A stretch of 59,393 nucleotides of DNA, filler included, from Sphacelaria rigidula (lineage: Eukaryota): the NCBI GenBank assembly GCA_964200075.2. It is 7 parts of 7 records of this genome, joined end to end, with 100 filler letters (N's around TTAATTAATTAA, not from the genome) between each part and the next. Parts side by side here need not be neighbours in the genome. Positions count along the whole stretch, not along the records: positions 33,999 to 42,397 come from CAXNAA020011278.1; positions 42,498 to 50,895 come from CAXNAA020011279.1; positions 50,996 to 59,393 come from CAXNAA020011280.1; 4 more parts are not named here. One strand, written 5' to 3'. The translations under genes were made by a program, and so were the position numbers. The notes below the pieces were generated by a model. That model searched no databases and was not told where the DNA came from. It saw only the letters and a list, made by a program, of their open reading frames with translations. Of the stretch, positions 38,643 through 51,771 are shown piece by piece. Within the stretch, counting starts at the first letter, position 1. Every line of letters starts with the position of its first letter.

Positions 38643-39931
38643 TTTTTTTTTTTTACGAATTATATTTTTATTGCGTGTTGTGCTCTGTGGTTCGACCTCA
38701 ACGTGAACCGCCTGCACTGATTTTTCTTCGCGATTCTGCGGGGGGTCTCCCCGGAATTGTTTTTTTTCACGCGACAAGATGTCGACACCACCGCTTTTTT
38801 TTGTCCACATCGGTCGGGACTCGCAAAGCCAGAGCCGCAGGTCAACCTTAACGTGTGCTATCATTTTGGTCCGGGCTGTGTTGTAGTAGCCTTCACTATT
38901 TACTTTCCAAGGAAGGGGGGTGTACTCACGATCTTGCATGCCGGAGTCGTATGGCGATTAACCTCGCATCCCTGCAAAGCCGGGACGGAGCACGCTTGTT
39001 TTTCGCCGGCCTAGGCTCGCAATCAACCATCAAGCGCGAAGCGCCGTGATGTTTCCGGCGAGTCGCATGAAGGGTGAGCTGCATCCTGCTCAGATTGTTC
39101 GGCACAAAGCGTTCTGATTATCTTGCATTTGGATGACAGCCTACAATGAGTTGCTTCCTTTTTCTGGTGTCACCACTTACAGAGACAGACACCTTTCCAC
39201 ACTGCCTTGTGGGTTTCTCATCATTTTAACAGTACGTAGTACGGCCATCGCCTTTGCGCGGAGTTTGGGTTCTCTATCTCTCACAATATGATCTAGCTCG
39301 ACCACCATCATGGTTGCCGCGAAAAAAAATGTGAGCGCTTTTGAAGGAGGGAGAAGGGTATGCGGGGGTGCACCCAACAATACAGCGTGGTCGACAAGGC
39401 GCTGCTTCAGCAGGGTGACTCCCAGTACAATCGGCCGTTGCGGTGTATAGGTCGCTGCCATATCTGGATTGCTTCCTAGAACGGGTTCAATCATGACGGT
39501 ATAAGCATGAAATATGAGGCGCCTTCGCCCACCTCTCCTTGACTTTTTGTACCAAGCCACCTCCGTGGCGGAACATGTTGCTGCTGTATAATATGGTGGT
39601 ACGCGTGTGCTGTATACCTGTTCTACGTGATGGTTGGATGTTGTTAGCAGTAGTAGTAGTAGTAGTAGTAGTAGGAGGAGGAGGAGGAGGAGGAGAAGTA
39701 GACGTAGAAGTAGCAGTATTCCAGTGCTGACGAGATTTTTTTCCTTTGGTATGACGAGAAGCTCGTCGTGAAACCGGCTTCATTTGTTGCGCTCAAATCC
39801 AAGGTTCGAAAAATCAGCTTCAAAATATCACCTCTCTTTTCTTTCTTTTTTGTGCAATGACCATCGCAAAATCAACATTGTGATGCCCCTTGCAATGTTT
39901 ATTTATTCTCACGATTCTCGATCAAAAACAG

Positions 39932-39998
39932 CGCGTTCTCTTGGCTGGCATCCATCTCGGTGGCGTCTCTCCTCTGGACAATGGTGCCTCCTGCACAG
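39932..39998 (+). CDS. APH1: APH-1-like gamma-secretase subunit, internal exon (TM2)
   Basis: Acceptor aaaacag|, peptide AFSWLASISVASLLWTMVPPAQ (compare APH-1 AFFWLVSLLLASVVW), and a GC-type donor CAG|GCAAGT. It splices in phase to the exon at 40847. Confidence 0.65.
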
Positions 39999-40384
39999 GC
40001 AAGTGCCACCAACCGCGCAACGCGACCGTTGAATGACCATCGATTTGCAATCTCCAGGAACCTCCGTGTTGATTGGTGAAGAAGTGCAATGGTGGGAGGT
40101 AGCAAACAGCGGTGCCATTACTGTAAGTTCCCTTCTCAATCTTTTCCCTGCCTTGCAATCGGTGACGACCGCTCTGAAAATGCGCGGCTGATCCACAGTT
40201 CGTGCACGGCTGTCAGTGACCTTCACGTTGTAGTTTATTGCCGTGTTTTGTCCAGCCGTGCGATGTCACTGCCGTACACTACAGATATAAATATATTCCT
40301 TTTTCCCTCCCCTTTTTTTATTTCGTTTTTCTCTTTACTTATATATATATATATATTTGTGTATATACATATTTAACCCCCCCC

Positions 40385-40735
40385 GTACTTCCTCAACGTT
40401 CCCCTCCTTGCTCGAGTTTCCTCTGGGCGAGTAATTGTCTCCACTTTGTTTTACCTCGGGTAAGGTAAGGTACGCCTCTCTTGAGACTAATCACCACGGC
40501 TGGATTCGACAAACCAATCAATACGGGTTAACCAACCGATTGATCAATAGGCATGCATGATCATGAGTACACCCTGTACTTCCTCAACGTTTCCCTCCTT
40601 GCTCAAGTTTACTCTGGGCGAGTAATTGTCTCCACTTTGTTTTACCTCGGGTAAGGTAAGGTACGCCTCTCTTGAGACTAATCATCACGACTGGATTCGA
40701 CAAACCAATCGACACAGGTTAACTAACCAATCAAT
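40385..40735. repeat. Recent two-copy tandem duplication (period 191 bp) within the APH-1 intron
   Basis: gtacttcctcaacgtt...gggtaaggtaaggtacgcctctcttgagactaatca...ggattcgacaaaccaatc starts at 40385 and 40576 with few mismatches. Confidence 0.9.
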
Positions 40736-40846
40736 CGACTATGCTCTCACCCATATTCTACGCACTTCTTCCCAGGCACATACATCCCTACCGTGCTGAC
40801 CTCAGCCCTCCCAACCGTGCATGTGTTTCACGCGTTGACCCCTCAG

Positions 40847-41087
40847 GACGTGTGGATGTTGACAGTCACTGTAGGCGTAGCCCTGCAAGGGTTCGGGCGC
40901 CTGGTGCTCGCGCATGGTTACATGAAAACCGAGCGAATAATCAATGAGGTGCAGACTCGGGATCGCGGTCCAATCACAGATCGCCGAAGATCAGGCAGTA
41001 GGGAGGGCCCAGACGCCGGGGAGTCAAGGGAGAACGGTGACGACAGACGTGCTTTGCTCAAGCTCAACGGCTTATCTTCCTCCATAG
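40847..41087 (+). CDS. APH1: APH-1-like gamma-secretase subunit, next exon (TM3 and loop)
   Basis: Acceptor ccctcag|, peptide DVWMLTVTVGVALQGFGRLVLAHGYMKTERII...ALLKLNGLSSSI (compare APH-1 SVLLQEVFRF), donor G|GTGAC placed just before the expected GxxxG helix. Downstream exons are not found before the contig ends at 42397. Confidence 0.65.
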
Positions 41088-41305
41088 GTGACCCAGCCCC
41101 CCCCCCCCCTCCCCTCAGGATAGATGGACTTGCGGCGAATGCCAGCAACAGCCGATGAGCTTGTATCAAGAATGCCAAGGCACTTACTGATACTCCCTTG
41201 GGATGTATTTGGTGAGCCGTATGTCGTCAATCTTGGTTCCGGAGCTCTGACTCCGGTTCTGTCGGAGTAGACGAAAACCCGGGATACTTTTTTTCTTTCT
41301 TCTAT

Positions 41306-41615
41306 TTGTCGCACTTTGAACCCCTCCCCTTCCTCGGGACGAGTCCGTGGTCTAACAGTCTCAAGGGATCAACCCATCTCTCCCCGGTACACGCCTTGCA
41401 TTTTGGTCTCGCGGATTGGGTCATGACTATCAGCACTCCCGCACCGCGTCAACTCACGTCAAACAAACCCAGTCGACTACTTTGTTTACTCACGTACTCA
41501 TGCTTTCCACGGTGGAAATCAGATATTACGAAGAAAAAACCCAACACATCGTGAATTGAACCCTCGTTCTCTCTACCCTGATGGCGACAGTCGGACCATT
41601 ACACTACCGGGGCGC
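41306..41615 (-). mobile_element. tRNA-derived SINE, second family
   Basis: The minus strand begins CGCCCCGGTAGTGTAATGGT (A box) ... GGGTTCAATTCAC (B-box-like). The 3' boundary is approximate. Confidence 0.55.
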
Positions 41616-44600
41616 GGCGGCCCCTTGTGGACCCTATTCGGGCCAGGGCCCTTATGGGTTCCCATCCAAAAGGCACGAGAAAACAGAGCCGTGTCTGGCT
41701 TGATTGAATCAGCCGCAGGGTGACCCTGGGCCACAAGTATCATCGTGTGCCCAAGGGTGGGCAGCTCGCTGCTTTGAAATTCGACCCAATCCCTCCAAGG
41801 ATCGGACGAATAATCAGTTCGTCTGGAAATTTCTTGTTTTTATTGTTATTTATTCGTACGGTACAAGTCAATCCTTGGCCTTGCTTTTCAGCGTTGCCTG
41901 CACCCCAGGTACGCACACCTCAGGCGCATGGAGTAGCATAAACTTTGCATCGAGGCTTTTTTTACCCGCGGTCAATTCCTCCGTCTCTTTCGAGCACTCA
42001 GGCCTCAGGAATCGTAGATTTTGGTGATTCGAACCAGCAGCGATCATTCCTCCGATCCGTGAATCCTTGGTTTTGCAGAGATAATTTCGCGGTGCTACAG
42101 GTGCATCTTTATCCTCTGATCGGCTTACAAGAAGAAAGTTACCACATCCTGGATGATGACAGTAGAGTGCATTGCCAAAAAGTACACTGCGTATACGAGC
42201 TGAGCCAGCCTAGAGGCGGATTTGAAGTTTGCAGGCCCATGCTCTTTTATACATTTAGAGTTGGGCCCTGAAATTTGGTATGGACAGTGCATAGGGCATA
42301 AGAAAAAAAATTACTGAAGTACCAAAAGAGTTTTTTTTTTTTTTCATGAGTTTAGGGCATTTTGGTGATACCTGAAAACCGATTATTGCCCTTAGCTNNN
42401 NNNNNNNNNNNNNNNNNNNNNNNNNNNNNNNNNNNNNNNNNTTAATTAATTAANNNNNNNNNNNNNNNNNNNNNNNNNNNNNNNNNNNNNNNNNNNNCGT
42501 GACCCCCGATTTTTTCGGCCCCGATGTGGCCCAAATCGGTGTCCATAAAATGCGTTCCCCGATTTTTTTTCCCCCGATTTTGAAAAAATCAAGATTCGTG
42601 CTTGCCATAAAAGTGGGTCTAACTCATGAAGAAAAAAAACCTTGTGTGCGCCAGTAATGCTTTTTATTATGCCCTATTCATTGTCCATACCAAATTTCAG
42701 GGTCCAAGTCCAAGTATTGGCCGTTTAATGGGCCTGCAAACTGCAGAATCGCTTTTCGGCTGGCCCAGCTCGTACACCAAAGACGAGTATCCACCGGCGG
42801 GAACTGTGCTATGCCGTTTCGCGCACTTGTGTTCTTTATCAGTAATATTGTACAAGTATACGAGTAACACGGACCAATAGTTGGCTTGAGTATGTGTGAA
42901 GCATTTCGGAATAGTTTGTAACCGTCAGCTGGCCTGTGCAGTCGATTGTTTTAAGAACACCCGATATTCGCCGACTACGCCCCACCTCAGCGCAGAGAGC
43001 ATCACTGACTTACTATCATGGATTCCTACTCGGGGCAGCGTTCGTCGTTGAATGACTTGGCCAACAGTGGGGATGGCGTGCATGACAGGCATCATAGGCA
43101 AGAAAGCACACACAGTAGGCAACGCTCTGTCGAGAGTAGACCAGGGAATCCGGGCTTGCTTGGAGGCGATGTGATCCAGGTTGACATGGGCGAGCTGGCG
43201 AACGTGCTAGGTGAGGGACGGGGTTAGGCTTATTGTTACACTTCTTACGCCGTGTGATGTGGTGGTGGTGATGATGATGGTGGTGGTGGCGGTTGTGGTG
43301 GCGGTGGTGGTGACGGTGAGGCTGGTGATACTCGTTTCGCTGGTGGTGGTGATCGCCATCGTCATCTTTTTTGCCGTTCGACCAATGTCCTTTCCCCCCC
43401 ATCTACCAAGAACGATCAGGTTGCGTGGTCGTGCGATACGAGCTATAGACATTCGTTACACTTCTGTATCGTATGCAGCCGTTGAGCCGAGGCTTGCGCG
43501 GCGGCAATGCTTGAACAAAACAAGTATAGCCGCGTGTGCGTGGTGCAAGCATCAAGCATGCGTCCATGCATAGGGGAACCGGTTCATCTGCCTGAAATGT
43601 CTGTTCTCTCGTGCATTTTGTATCCTGCATGCATGTTATTTGAATGCATGTTCGTTGGCTGTTGTGTTCAATTTTGTACTGCGCCCATGTACTGGTACTT
43701 CTGCGCACTGTACCTCCCGCCTGTACTTCCCTGTGTATGTTTTGTTCTGTGCACTAGGCTCTTGTTGCCAACGACACATGCAGTGCGGTAGATTATGTTA
43801 TACCAGAGGTTTTACCGGCGCATGCAGGAAACCGAACACCAATACAAGGTCATAACATGTGACCGTGCTGTGCATACCATCAGAAGATTATACTACGCTC
43901 ACATTAGGTCAAATTTGTTGCTATCGACAGCTGCTGTGTGTCCCACCACTTTCCCTACCGTGCTGTGTTTCCACTTCGAAGTGGCTGGCTTGCAGCACAG
44001 AACCCGTCCTGCAGCATGCGGCAGAGACAGCTACTCCTTCCGTTTGTTTGGAAAATGTTTGTTCCTTCCTGATTCCACGAAGCTACCACGCGAGAACATG
44101 AACAGAAGCTTGGTCGCAAACGCAGTTGTCTAAAAGTTTGTTGCACTGACTGTACAAGTGTTTACATCCTTGACAGAATGGGACACTTTGGACACTTAAT
44201 TATCTGTACTACACTGGAACTACCCTCGTATACGATGCCCAGTTGTTGTTCCGTCAATACTTGGATATTTTTATATTTTTCGTCCTGTAGCTGGTATATT
44301 CGTCTATAGCAGCTCTTGTGTCGTTCTTGTTTTTCATGTACGAGACCCTACAGCTCACAAGACGATGCTTTGAAAATTGCAGCTTGCGCGTATTTTTGCC
44401 ATTTGTGGCGTCCATGTACGTTGCTTCTGAAGAGCCTACTCGTTCCGCCACCACCCATCAGCGTGCGTTGCTGAAGTCGAGCGTACGTCTGCGTGTCATG
44501 ATGTCCTCGTGGTGAGGGGACGTTAACCTTAGGGTCATAGTGAATATTTACGATTCTGAATCTTTCATCGGCTTGTCACGTGCATTTTCGAGTGCGTGGC

Positions 44601-45324
44601 ACACACGCCCACCGGTGCGCATACTCGCAAACAGAGGAAAACCTACCACGTATCATCTGTACTAACTTTCCGCTCCGAGTTACGGGGTGGGTGACATTAT
44701 ATATAGCCTGTGAAGCCCTCCCCCTTTTTCACGGCAGTTGTCACAGACAGGTATGGAATATCGGTCACCACAGCATGTGCTCTCCTGCGTGCTTCCTCCA
44801 AAAGTTGCTTATACAAAATCGTCCTCTCACGACGTTTGTCTGTGTATCTGTATCATGTTCCATCTCCGTCTCCAACAAAAATTTGGAGTATGGGCAAGCC
44901 CTCCGTACATCCACCACGCATACCCCTTAGCTGCGTACCCTCTTGTCTTCCCCATAAAATACAACATGGATGATCGCAAAACAAACCACAACGATTTACC
45001 ACCAATCGACCAACCGGTACCAGTCACTTGGGTAACAATAAAAATAACGGCGTGTTGTGCGTTGTACAACTGTAGAGTATCGAGAAAAATGGCCATCTAC
45101 AAAAAGCGGCGCAATAAAGAAAATCTGGTGTGATGGAGGAGGTCCACGTCATTTGCAGAAGAACCTCTAACTCGATATCTTTTGCGTTTGTTACCGTGCA
45201 CCAAGGATGCCATCCTGACGAGGTGGCCGTTTTTTCGGACGAGGTGGTATTTTGACAAACGACTAGGCTTTAGTTCCGTATGCGCGCATAAAGTTTTGCT
45301 TTATCTAGGAGGTTTTCACCTTCA

Positions 45325-45422
45325 CCCTTAGACCGCGAGATTGGTCTTTCTGTATCATCCATACTTTCCTTCTCTTGAAATTGATGCCGATTCAACAGAA
45401 GACTAACTTCGCGGTCCAAGGG
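45325..45422. mobile_element. 98 bp piggyBac-like MITE, second copy (opposite orientation)
   Basis: CCCTTAGACCGCGAG ... TTCGCGGTCCAAGGG with degenerate TTCA/TTTA flanks. The interior is the reverse complement of 17126-17223. Confidence 0.8.
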
Positions 45423-47229
45423 TTTAATAGGCCTTTTAATCGCAAAGGTTATGATTAGCTCAATTTACTACGAAACATTTAATGTAAAATATGGCGTGAA
45501 CCTTGAGCGTGGGATACTCCTCATGTTCCTGCTCGTAAGTTGCTTCATTTCATGTTCCCCGTTTCGACTTGCGCGCTGTCGCTACCGTTAGGGCTTATAA
45601 AGGGATCCTCCATATGTCCCATCTAAGGGTATTTGCTCACCCCTTGAGAGCCAGTACAGTACATGGACACCTGATTCCGGCAGTCATATTTTCAAGTAAA
45701 AATGAGAATAATTCGATAGATTACGGCTGATTTTCAGAATTGAGGATAGATATTTCCTTGAGTATAAGTCGGGAAATGAAAATCTTCGTATCGACTCCAA
45801 TTCTTCGAAATATGGTCGTGTTCCTTCACATACGGGTACAAATATTTTGATTTTCCAGGTGATCATCCTGTGAAAAGAAAAGCTCCATCCTCCATCCTTG
45901 ACTTTGAAAATCGGCTGTTACATCAACACTCCTGGTGATGGCAAAGTTAACTACAGTAACTCCTGAGCTGGATGCCGCGCTTCGAAACATGAGGGCAGGC
46001 TCAATGGCCCCGTTCTTTCTTCCCGATGAAAATAACAACCGGAAAATGAATCCCATGAAAAAAATGGGAAGCGATAATGTCGTGGGTACACAAAGTTCCA
46101 TGGTTAGGACGAGTCATCAAGGGTTCAAATCACCAAATTCACGATTTCTTCGACCTGATTGCCCAAAGGGGGGGGGGGAAAGTTGACCGCTGGTCCAAGG
46201 GATATCCTCGCATCTTTTGCGCCATTCCACGTGTCTGGGCTGCGTGTACCTGGGTTGCAGCGCTGAAAACAAAGCCTAGGGATTGATTCGTGTTATTCAA
46301 ATCAACTACACTAAAACCAAGCAATTTCCAGACGAACCATTGATTTGTCCGACCCTTGCAAAGTTCGACGTCGCGGTCGACGGGGGACAGGCACTGCAGA
46401 ATCCTTCTCCTAATGAAAAGGAAGGCAAGTACCGCCAAAGGAAGGTGGAGTGCGAAGACCGCTTCTTATAGTAGACAAGAAAAAAAATCTTGGAAGGTGC
46501 CTTTTTGGAGCTTTCACGCCGTTATACCCGCCCGAAAACAGGGCTGGGCGGATTTCAACATCTAGAAATGTCTTGCTGTACTCGTTGAGACGGTTCCAGC
46601 AAACCTGTGCGTTTTTCGGGTGGCTGCAGTTTTTTTCTGGTCCAAACTTGCATTTTTTGCAGTTCCTTTCGAATTTCGTCTGATCATGCACTAGTGCCCG
46701 TCCCCGCCCCCAGCGTGGGGGGGATAGGTGGGTGGGGGGAAACCTCATGAATCACTCATTCAAAAACAGTGAGACTCCCCACCTACCCGACCGTTGGCTC
46801 CCACCTGGAGATTGCACTGAGCGCAATCGCACCAGCCTCAAGCATCGACGCAAATCTCCCCACCAGCCTGCCTGTGTACACACGCCGCCAGCCAACGTCC
46901 TGCCGGCAAAAACCCCACTGGCGTGTACGAGATAAAAAAAATACACGCATCTCCCGTGGGGGGGTTAGGGAATACCTAATGAATCACCCATTCGAAAACA
47001 CTGTGACTCCTCACGTATCCGACCGTGGGGTCCCACCTGGAGAGTCCTCTGAGCGCAATCGCACCAGCGGATACCACCCACCTCGTCTACGTTCCCAAAG
47101 CCCCGCAACGCAATCCGCCCGTAGGGGCATGTCCCTTCTGCGCATATGTGACTAACTATTCCACCTCGGTCCCTACATCCTTTTAATCTAAACGTGACCA
47201 CAGCGCTCTTGTTTAATCCAGCTTGTCTA

Positions 47230-47524
47230 GTGTGCGTTGTGTGTGTTGTCGTCCCACCTATTCTGGACGCCGGTCTACGTCTTTCGGTATATGTGGGCGC
47301 ATCAGCCAGGGTCACACAGGAGGAAGGTCAACACAGGAGCTTTTTCTTTTTTTCTTTGTTTTTACTACCCCACCTTCCTTCTGCGGTGCGTGCCTTTACT
47401 TTTTAATCGCGAGAGGGGTTCGGTAGTCCCGTTCCCTCGTCGACCGTTAAGTCGAGTTTTGTGTACCCACGACCCAAGCGTCAGAAGATTTCGAGGTTAC
47501 CAACTGAGCCTCCGGGGCGACCGG
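47230..47524 (-). mobile_element. tRNA-derived SINE (same family as 33498-33790); another 3' portion at ~51390-51580 on the plus strand
   Basis: Minus-strand head CCGGTCGCCCCGGAGGCTCAGTTGGTAACC, shared body and a CA-rich tail. Confidence 0.78.
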
Positions 47525-48027
47525 TTCTTAGTACCATATGTTATTGTACCCTCCATCGCCACCCCTGACGATCCCATCTATATTACGTACTCGTTTTGCA
47601 CACACACCACGTATTGGCGACATGAGTTGCCCTCCCCCCCATACTCTCGCTACTCATCACTCCACTCGTTGCCCTGCCCAGGCTGCCGATCCCCGCTTCT
47701 GCGCTTCTTGGCGATGACTTGTGACACTAAACCGCAACTGGCGTCGTCAGCCGGGACGAATGACTTGTTATACGTCTGATTTCCCGTCTACCCTATTTTT
47801 GCAGCACATGTGGAGGCACTCCTGCTGTGGACAAGTGGGTGGCGCCACCAATCACAGCCGTTTTGAAGAAAACAAGTTTTGAGAAAAAAGAAAAAAACTA
47901 CCAATCGTCCTCGATAAGGCAACGACTTTGGACCTTTGGCCGCCAAGGTAGGTCTGCTATTGAGGCGGCATTCTATTCACTTTTGGTGCTCACAACTATC
48001 AATCGCCCTCGATAAGGCCACGTTTAA

Positions 48028-48122
48028 CCCTTTGACCGCCAAGGTAGGTCAGCTATTGAGTCGGCATTATATTCACCTTTGGAGCTCACGACGTGACCCA
48101 AATGACGTTCCCTTCCGAAGGG
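48028..48122. mobile_element. 95 bp TTAA-flanked piggyBac-like mini element, partly duplicated upstream (~47910-47995)
   Basis: TTAA|CCCTT ... AAGGG|TTAA, with very short inverted termini. Confidence 0.5.
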
Positions 48123-50995
48123 TTAACGAAATAAATATTTATCACTAGTATTATGTTCGTCACATTAGCTCGATCTCTCAACCCGTGGTCACAGTGCAAG
48201 GAGGATACCGCAAACCACCCATACCCATACATCAAACAGCCCGCAGAGAAAGGCAAGAAACAAAACATCTGCACGACAAAGGGCACCTACACTACCAGAG
48301 ATCCGTGTAAGGCTATTGAACCACAGGAGACCTACGGGAATCTAAGAAGTCCCCGGGTGCGCTCTCTCCGACTACCTTGCCATGTGCTGGCGTATACATT
48401 GTAATGTGACAATGATGAGTGCGAGTGCCGAACAGCCCACACTTGGAGACCATTGTCATCACTTATTAAGTATTCTTTGCAAATAAATACAAACAATCGG
48501 ATGAAAATGCTACAGAGGACGTGAAATGATGAGCCACACACGTAGGCCGTTCGTCATGAGTCATTTTCATTCTCACGATCTCCCTCGTTCTCATTTTTTT
48601 GTCTGGAAAAAGACGGGGGCGTACGCAAGCCCCTGGCTTGTGCTTCTGTATGCTGTGTGCCCATATGCAGCAGTTAGTGCGTAGGGTTGACAACAACTTC
48701 ATGAACATGGCCCCCTGAATGTGCGTGCGTGCCGTCATGCGGATGTGCTATTACTATATTCTCAATGGCATTTGGGGTTGGTACATGGTTGAGACCGGAT
48801 AAAGAGAAGAAAAGCTCACCATGGAAAAGAAAATAAATTCAACAAATGGCGCCATTAAATCAGCTACTGTGAACAGTTTCGCCCAGTGACGGGCCAGGGA
48901 CAATCAGGGATTTCCGGTGGGCGCGCGCGCGGGGGGGGTGTACTCATGATCTCGCATCGTGTATTCATAATTCCGTTGACCTCGCACCCCTACGAAGCCT
49001 GGGCCGGGCACGCCGGCTTTCTTCTTTTCGCCGAACCTAGCTTCAGTGGCGAGGGGGGGAAAGGGCATACTCGCTTGTTGCTTGCCTTTTGTCATTTGGT
49101 CATTGACCACTCATGCCTTTCGAGACGGTTGTGAGAGGAGGGCTGTTTACCAAGTGGTGGGAAACTATCGTTAGTACCCTAAATTAGGGGGTGATTTTGA
49201 GTCGTGATGATTTGTCCTAACCGTGAAAAATATCGATTAGTCGGCCGTTGGTGCGGCCACTTTAACCTCAACTGACTGACCAAAGCCGCCAGTTCACAGA
49301 CTAACAAAAACACATTCTGGGCGAGCTATATTATAGGAACACTTGAGATACCGTCAGCCCCTGTTGACTGTTTGGGAATCCAGTGCTGGTTTTCGTTTTT
49401 TGTGAATCGGTATAGTTTTTACTTGAGAAAATGACTGAAAAGTGATGCTGATTCACAGAAACAAAAATCAGCACTGGGTTCCCACAAGGGTTCTAAGATC
49501 CAAATGTCGATTATTATTTTTTTAATCAAAGTAACAACCATTGCTCCGGACCATTTCGGTAAACTCTGTTGGGCGCGACGGGGGCGGGGCGGGGTAGGGG
49601 TAAGGGTGCCTATTCCCGGATCAAGCGAAAGGCTTCCCAAGTCAACCATGGGTATTCGAAAGTTTTCCGCTCCCTTTCTGAGTCAGGCACGGAGTCCGAA
49701 GGGAGCAAGCACGAACATAAGATGTCGGGCTGTTTGGGTACCGACTACTAAACCGTAAAAGAAAACGAGGCGACCTCAAGCTTTGGTCGTATATCTACAG
49801 AACGATTGGTTTTTTTCGAACAACCTACCAATGACGCTAACCCGAACCCTAACCCCCGACCCGAGGGGTACGAGACCCTCGGGCACGAGGGGTGCATAGG
49901 TTTCCCTGGGCAAAGGGTGCGTTGGCAGACCTGAGAACGACGCCGCAGGCGCCGATTTCGACAAAAACACGCTCTGGACCAGCTGAGCGCACTGGGCTCA
50001 CCTGCCCCAAACCATATATTTTCTCAGAACTTTCTCAATGTATAAAATCAAGTAAGTCATGTCAACCATAAATATATGACCAAAGCTTTGGGTCTACTGA
50101 AAAAAACACAAGCAACGTAGGTCCTGTTTGTTTTGTGCGTACATGAGTAGTGTCCGCGTCCTGCCTGACCCCTCGTATGCTATTACAGGCTGGTTCACGC
50201 TTATCACCCAGAAAAACTCATCGACAAAACTTCACGAACGTTTTATGGGTCATTACGCAGCTTTGCAGGAACGAGACTTTTTTTCTAACTTTTTTCATCG
50301 TTTTTCGGGGGTCCCAGTTTTTTGGGGGGAAACCTCGACCCAATCGGACCCCCGTAAAACGGTAACAAAAAAACAAAATAAAAACGTCCCTTCAAAGGTG
50401 CGTAATGTCCCAAAGCACAGTTGTGCAAAATTTCAGGGTCTAACTCCTCAAAACGTCGTGAAGTTTTTGGCCTTCGTGCGATGAACTTTGCCGTACCGCG
50501 GTGAAACCGCAAACTACTTGATTTTTGTAACAAAACGGCGTTTTTGGGCCTTCTTTGACGTGAACATGGAAATTCAAGCATCAGTTAATCGTTTTTTGCG
50601 ACGAACATTTGTGGAGCCCATCCTTGGGTTATACGGCGGCAGATAGTTCGCGAAAAAATGAAAACAAATATCGTAGTGCCGTTTTCTGGGGTCCCAGAAT
50701 GGAGACTAGTTCAAAAAACGACTTCGATCCCGTCGGACCCCCGAAAAACGGTGAAGAACTCTAGAAGTACAAAAAACATCGTTCGTAGAAAGTTGCGTAA
50801 TGATACATTGCATAGTTATGCAAAGTTTCAGGATCTAACTCCCAATGACAGCGTGAAAGTTTGCACGTTTGTGGAGGACGTTGGCTTGAAACATGNNNNN
50901 NNNNNNNNNNNNNNNNNNNNNNNNNNNNNNNNNNNNNNNTTAATTAATTAANNNNNNNNNNNNNNNNNNNNNNNNNNNNNNNNNNNNNNNNNNNN

Positions 50996-51185
50996 AGTAG
51001 GTTAAATTAAAAGGAGGGTTAGCTTCTCTATTTCATGTCTATATCCGGGCTGTGTGATAGTAGGTTAAATTAAAAGGAGGGTTAGCTTCTGTATTCCATG
51101 TTTATGTCCGGGCTGTGTGATAGTAGGTAAAATAAGAGGGAGGGTTAGCTTCTGTATTTCATATCTATGTCTGGGCTGTGTTATG
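50996..51185. repeat. 63 bp tandem repeat, 3 copies at the contig edge
   Basis: agtaggt(t)aaat...ggagggttagcttct(c/g)tatt(t/c)cat(g/a)t(c/t)tat(a/g)tc(c/t)gggctgtgt starts at 50996, 51059 and 51122. Confidence 0.9.
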
Positions 51186-51771
51186 GTGGGATAAATAAAA
51201 TGTGTTTCCGGGGGGAAACCATTGGATTGTTTAATTTTCATCATGTCGTGTATGTCGGTCCAGAACGTTTTCTAGTGGCGGTCCCCGGTATATGTACGNN
51301 NNNNNNNNGTCTAGGTTTTGGTGGCTTGTTTTACAGCGCCGTTGCCACTCGATGCCAACCCAAGAGTCTAGAGGTGAGGGGGGGGAAAGGGGCTGCTGAA
51401 CCCCTCTCGCCATTAAAAAGAAAGGCAAGCGTCGCAGAAGGAAGGTGGAGAACTAAAACAAACAAACAAAAAAGAACTCTTCTGTTGGCCTTCCTGCTGT
51501 GTGACTCCGGTTGGTGTGCCCACATATACTGAAATGTGTAGACCGGCGTCCAGGATAGATGGGGCGTCAACACACACACACTGAAGGGCAGGAAGAAACA
51601 GAGGTGACGACGCAAATATAATTTCAAGTGGCGCAATAATTCCTCACTCAATCCTTCGCCGAGAGAGGGGCTTCCGGTTGCAGCATCAACACGCCTACAC
51701 ACCACTCGCTCCGATCATACCACCGCACCCGACTCCTCTGTCGCATAACCCCGTTTTTTATCCACCATCAG

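Noticed and set aside
42196-42772. Apparent single TIR element spanning the gap, with inverted TA|CGAGCTG ends
   Set aside because: The two halves are on different, artificially joined contigs. Contigs often break in abundant repeats, so the pairing is probably coincidental.
50996-51185. Regularly spaced 63 bp repeats
   Set aside because: The whole unit is repeated, so there is no repeat-spacer structure. It is an ordinary tandem repeat.
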